A stretch of 64,000 nucleotides of DNA, taken from an uncultured delta proteobacterium (GTDB lineage Bacteria > Desulfobacterota > RBG-13-43-22). Numbering within the stretch: position 1 is the first letter of the stretch; each line of letters begins with the position of its first letter. The stretch spans positions 32,001-96,000 of the forward strand of contig CAWJJC010000010.1 in NCBI GenBank assembly GCA_963843145.1, in the 5' to 3' direction. Positions 62,007 to 64,000 of the stretch are shown here, in pieces. The position numbers and the translations under genes are program-made. Under the pieces are notes generated by a model, which saw nothing but the letters and a program-made list of their open reading frames with translations, was not told where the DNA came from and ran no database searches.

Positions 62007-63051
62007 TACTGTCCCTCCTCTCTATTTTCGACATGGCTCTAAAATACTCTTCCTCGCGGGTCTTATCGGTCAACTGGGCATAACGCCGGGTCTCCTCGAT
62101 ACTCCGGTGACCCAGCAAAACCTGGAGACACTCCAGACGCATACCGGCGTTGAGAAACTCCGTGGCAAAGGTGTGGCGAAGGGTATGCAGGGAATATCCC
62201 TTGTCCGCCAATCCCGCCTTCGCCAGATATCGTATAAAGATGGTCCGGGCGGTGCTGTAGGACATCGTCTCTGTCCGGGTATAGATCAGGTACTCCTCAC
62301 CGGGATTCCTCTTCTTCAACCACCTCCGCAGAGCCAGGGCCGCATCGTCACTGAGATAGACCACCCTCCCCAGGCGGTTCTTCTCCCCTTCGTAAATCTC
62401 TATCCTCCGCTCCTTGAGATGGACGTCGGCCATCTTGGTATTAAGCAGTTCACCGATCCGCAGACCCGTCCTCAACAAGACCAGGATCATGGCCCGGTCA
62501 CGAATATCTTCAATGACCGAAAGCAGCTTCCGCAGATCGTCAGGATCCATGGCCCGCGGCAGCCGCTCCGGTAATTGCAACCGTATCCTTCTGCTGAATA
62601 GTTCCGCAGAAACGATCCCTTCTTCTAACAGGTAACGGAGAAAGGCTTGCACACTCACCAGCCTGGTCCTGATCGTTGTAATCTTAATCCCCCGGTCCTG
62701 CTCCTGCTCAATGAACGCCTCCACATCCCTTCGGGTAATGGCTTCCAGGGATGCCCTGCCGCTCTCCCGTATCAGGCCAAGAAAAAGAATGATCGCCCCA
62801 AAACGACTGTATAAGGTCCTCGGTCTGCGGTTGCGAAGAGTCAGGTGACGAAGATAGGCTTCCACCTGATCCTTCCCCGGAAGGTCCATCCGGACCAGCC
62901 GTTTCAAAATCTTGCCAAGCGCTTCTAAACAGCCTTCAGGATGTATTTTAAATCGTAATCGCGTTTGATAATAACGGGGAGCGTTATCGGCGGGAATCTT
63001 AAAATCAGAAGATATACTCGTCTGCTGTAGATCACTATGTCCGTTCGTCAT
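61912..63051 (-). CDS. Tyrosine recombinase/integrase (first)
   Basis: GLRIGE, GEKNR, HTLRH, LGH, TRRY. Confidence 0.93.
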   Translation of the reverse strand: MTNGHSDLQQTSISSDFKIPADNAPRYYQTRLRFKIHPEGCLEALGKILKRLVRMDLPGKDQVEAYLRHLTLRNRRPRTLYSRFGAIILFLGLIRESGRASLEAITRRDVEAFIEQEQDRGIKITTIRTRLVSVQAFLRYLLEEGIVSAELFSRRIRLQLPERLPRAMDPDDLRKLLSVIEDIRDRAMILVLLRTGLRIGELLNTKMADVHLKERRIEIYEGEKNRLGRVVYLSDDAALALRRWLKKRNPGEEYLIYTRTETMSYSTARTIFIRYLAKAGLADKGYSLHTLRHTFATEFLNAGMRLECLQVLLGHRSIEETRRYAQLTDKTREEEYFRAMSKIERRDSNGDDRCDPELAEIFKAAELFAPCREELSEPH

Positions 63052-63213
63052 CTCTGCCTCCTTTTCTTAAATCAATAAGAAAATCAGACAGATGATGACT
63101 AATAAACACTTATCTGTCAAACATCAGCTTGGTACGTATAGCAGGAAGAAAGGCACAAAGCGCTCATCCTGGTTACCGGACCAGGCATGCCCATCCGGTA
63201 ACCAGCATGGAAT

Positions 63214-64000
63214 TTATTCAAACAGGTCCGCTTTCATCTCCACCGTCAACCCATCCCCTTCCATCAGCCGCCGGGCCAATCCCTCGATTTTGGGTAGCTC
63301 GTAATGGAAGAAATAGGCAAACGTCTGGATACTTCCCCTGGTAAAAATTATTTTCTTCTTCGGACAATTCCTTTTCCAGGGCCTTCCGGATGACCAGGGC
63401 CTGGACCAGCCACTGCCAGGCCACGGCAATGATGCCGAAGAATTCCAGGTAGAGGGTGGCGTCGGCCAGGAAGTATTCGGGGCCTTTCTCCTGGGAAATT
63501 TGGACCAGGCGGGCCGTGACCTCCTTCAATTTTCCCAGGGCCTCCTGCAGGCGCACGGCGTAAGGGGCCAGTGAGGAGACCTCCCGGGCCTGGGTGATGG
63601 TTTGCTCCACCTCCCGGAGATAAAGCTGGGCCGCCTTCCCGCCCTTCATGACCATTTTTCTTCCCAGCAGATCCAGGCCGTGGATCCCGGTGGTCCCTTC
63701 GTGGATGGGGTGGATGCGGGCGTCGCGGTAGAACAGTTCCAGGGGGAATTCGTCGCAGTAGCCGTACCCGCCCAGGATCTGCAGGCCTTGACTGACCGAA
63801 AGGAGGCCCATTTCCGAGGGATAGGTCTTGGCGACCGGTGTGAGCAGATCCAGCAGCAGTTCGTTCCGCTCTTTATCTTCCCCGGTGAGAACCCGGGCCC
63901 GGTCCGCATAGAGGCTGCATTGCAGCAGCAGGGAAAAAGACCCCTCGACTACGGCTCGCTGGAAAAGGAGCATGCGCTTTACGTCCGCGTGTTCGATGAT
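63214..64000 (-). CDS. Acyl-CoA dehydrogenase (C-terminal part; 3' frameshift)
   Basis: IIEHADVKRMLL, LTPVAKTY, QILGGYGY, IHEGTTGIHGLDL. Confidence 0.92.

Larger units (their letters stand above)
61032..63142 (-). mobile_element. Two-tyrosine-recombinase element with bipartite inverted repeats and AGGAA direct repeats
   Basis: AGGAA|GCTATACGTAC...GTACGTATAGC|AGGAA; inner perfect 17-bp inverted repeat TCTGATTTTCTTATTGA (61048-61064) / TCAATAAGAAAATCAGA (63072-63088). Confidence 0.8.

Noticed and set aside
61113-63051. Chromosomal xerC/xerD or integron integrase for the cassette array
   Set aside because: The genes are tandem inside their own repeats, lack the IntI-specific insertion and lie 44 kb from the attC sites.
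63171-63203. GGTTACCGGA/TCCGGTAACC inverted repeat as part of the recombinase element
   Set aside because: It lies outside the AGGAA repeat, directly after the acyl-CoA dehydrogenase stop; more likely a terminator-type hairpin.

Overview
This looks like bacterial chromosomal DNA, most consistent with an anaerobic Desulfobacterota (deltaproteobacterial) organism; that is an inference from gene content, sigma-54 regulation and a likely selenocysteine codon. Many otherwise well-conserved genes carry single-base frameshifts, often in homopolymers, which suggests uncorrected long-read errors rather than real pseudogenes. Housekeeping and metabolic blocks are cydA, a Tat-exported superoxide reductase-like protein, degP, an M16 peptidase pair, an Old Yellow Enzyme, a flippase, a sigma-54 activator with an SDR/Liv-type ABC/acyl-CoA ligase operon, etfBA and a TPP-riboswitch thiM-thiW-ECF operon. 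A mobile/defence island at about 6.8-21 kb holds a truncated dnaE paralog, an IS21 element with two extra ORFs, an IS91 remnant abutting an attC-like hairpin, an integrase-less integron cassette array (Nmad3 and nuclease-like cassettes) and a DUF2779 nuclease-WYL operon with a palindromic operator over its promoter. Other highlights are a DedA-rhodanese fusion with an in-frame UGA (probable selenoprotein), a 2.1-kb element encoding only two tyrosine recombinases with bipartite inverted repeats and a 5-bp direct repeat, a MITE family sharing ends with an IS1182-like element, and many toxin-antitoxin modules and remnants. No CRISPR array, rRNA or tRNA was seen.
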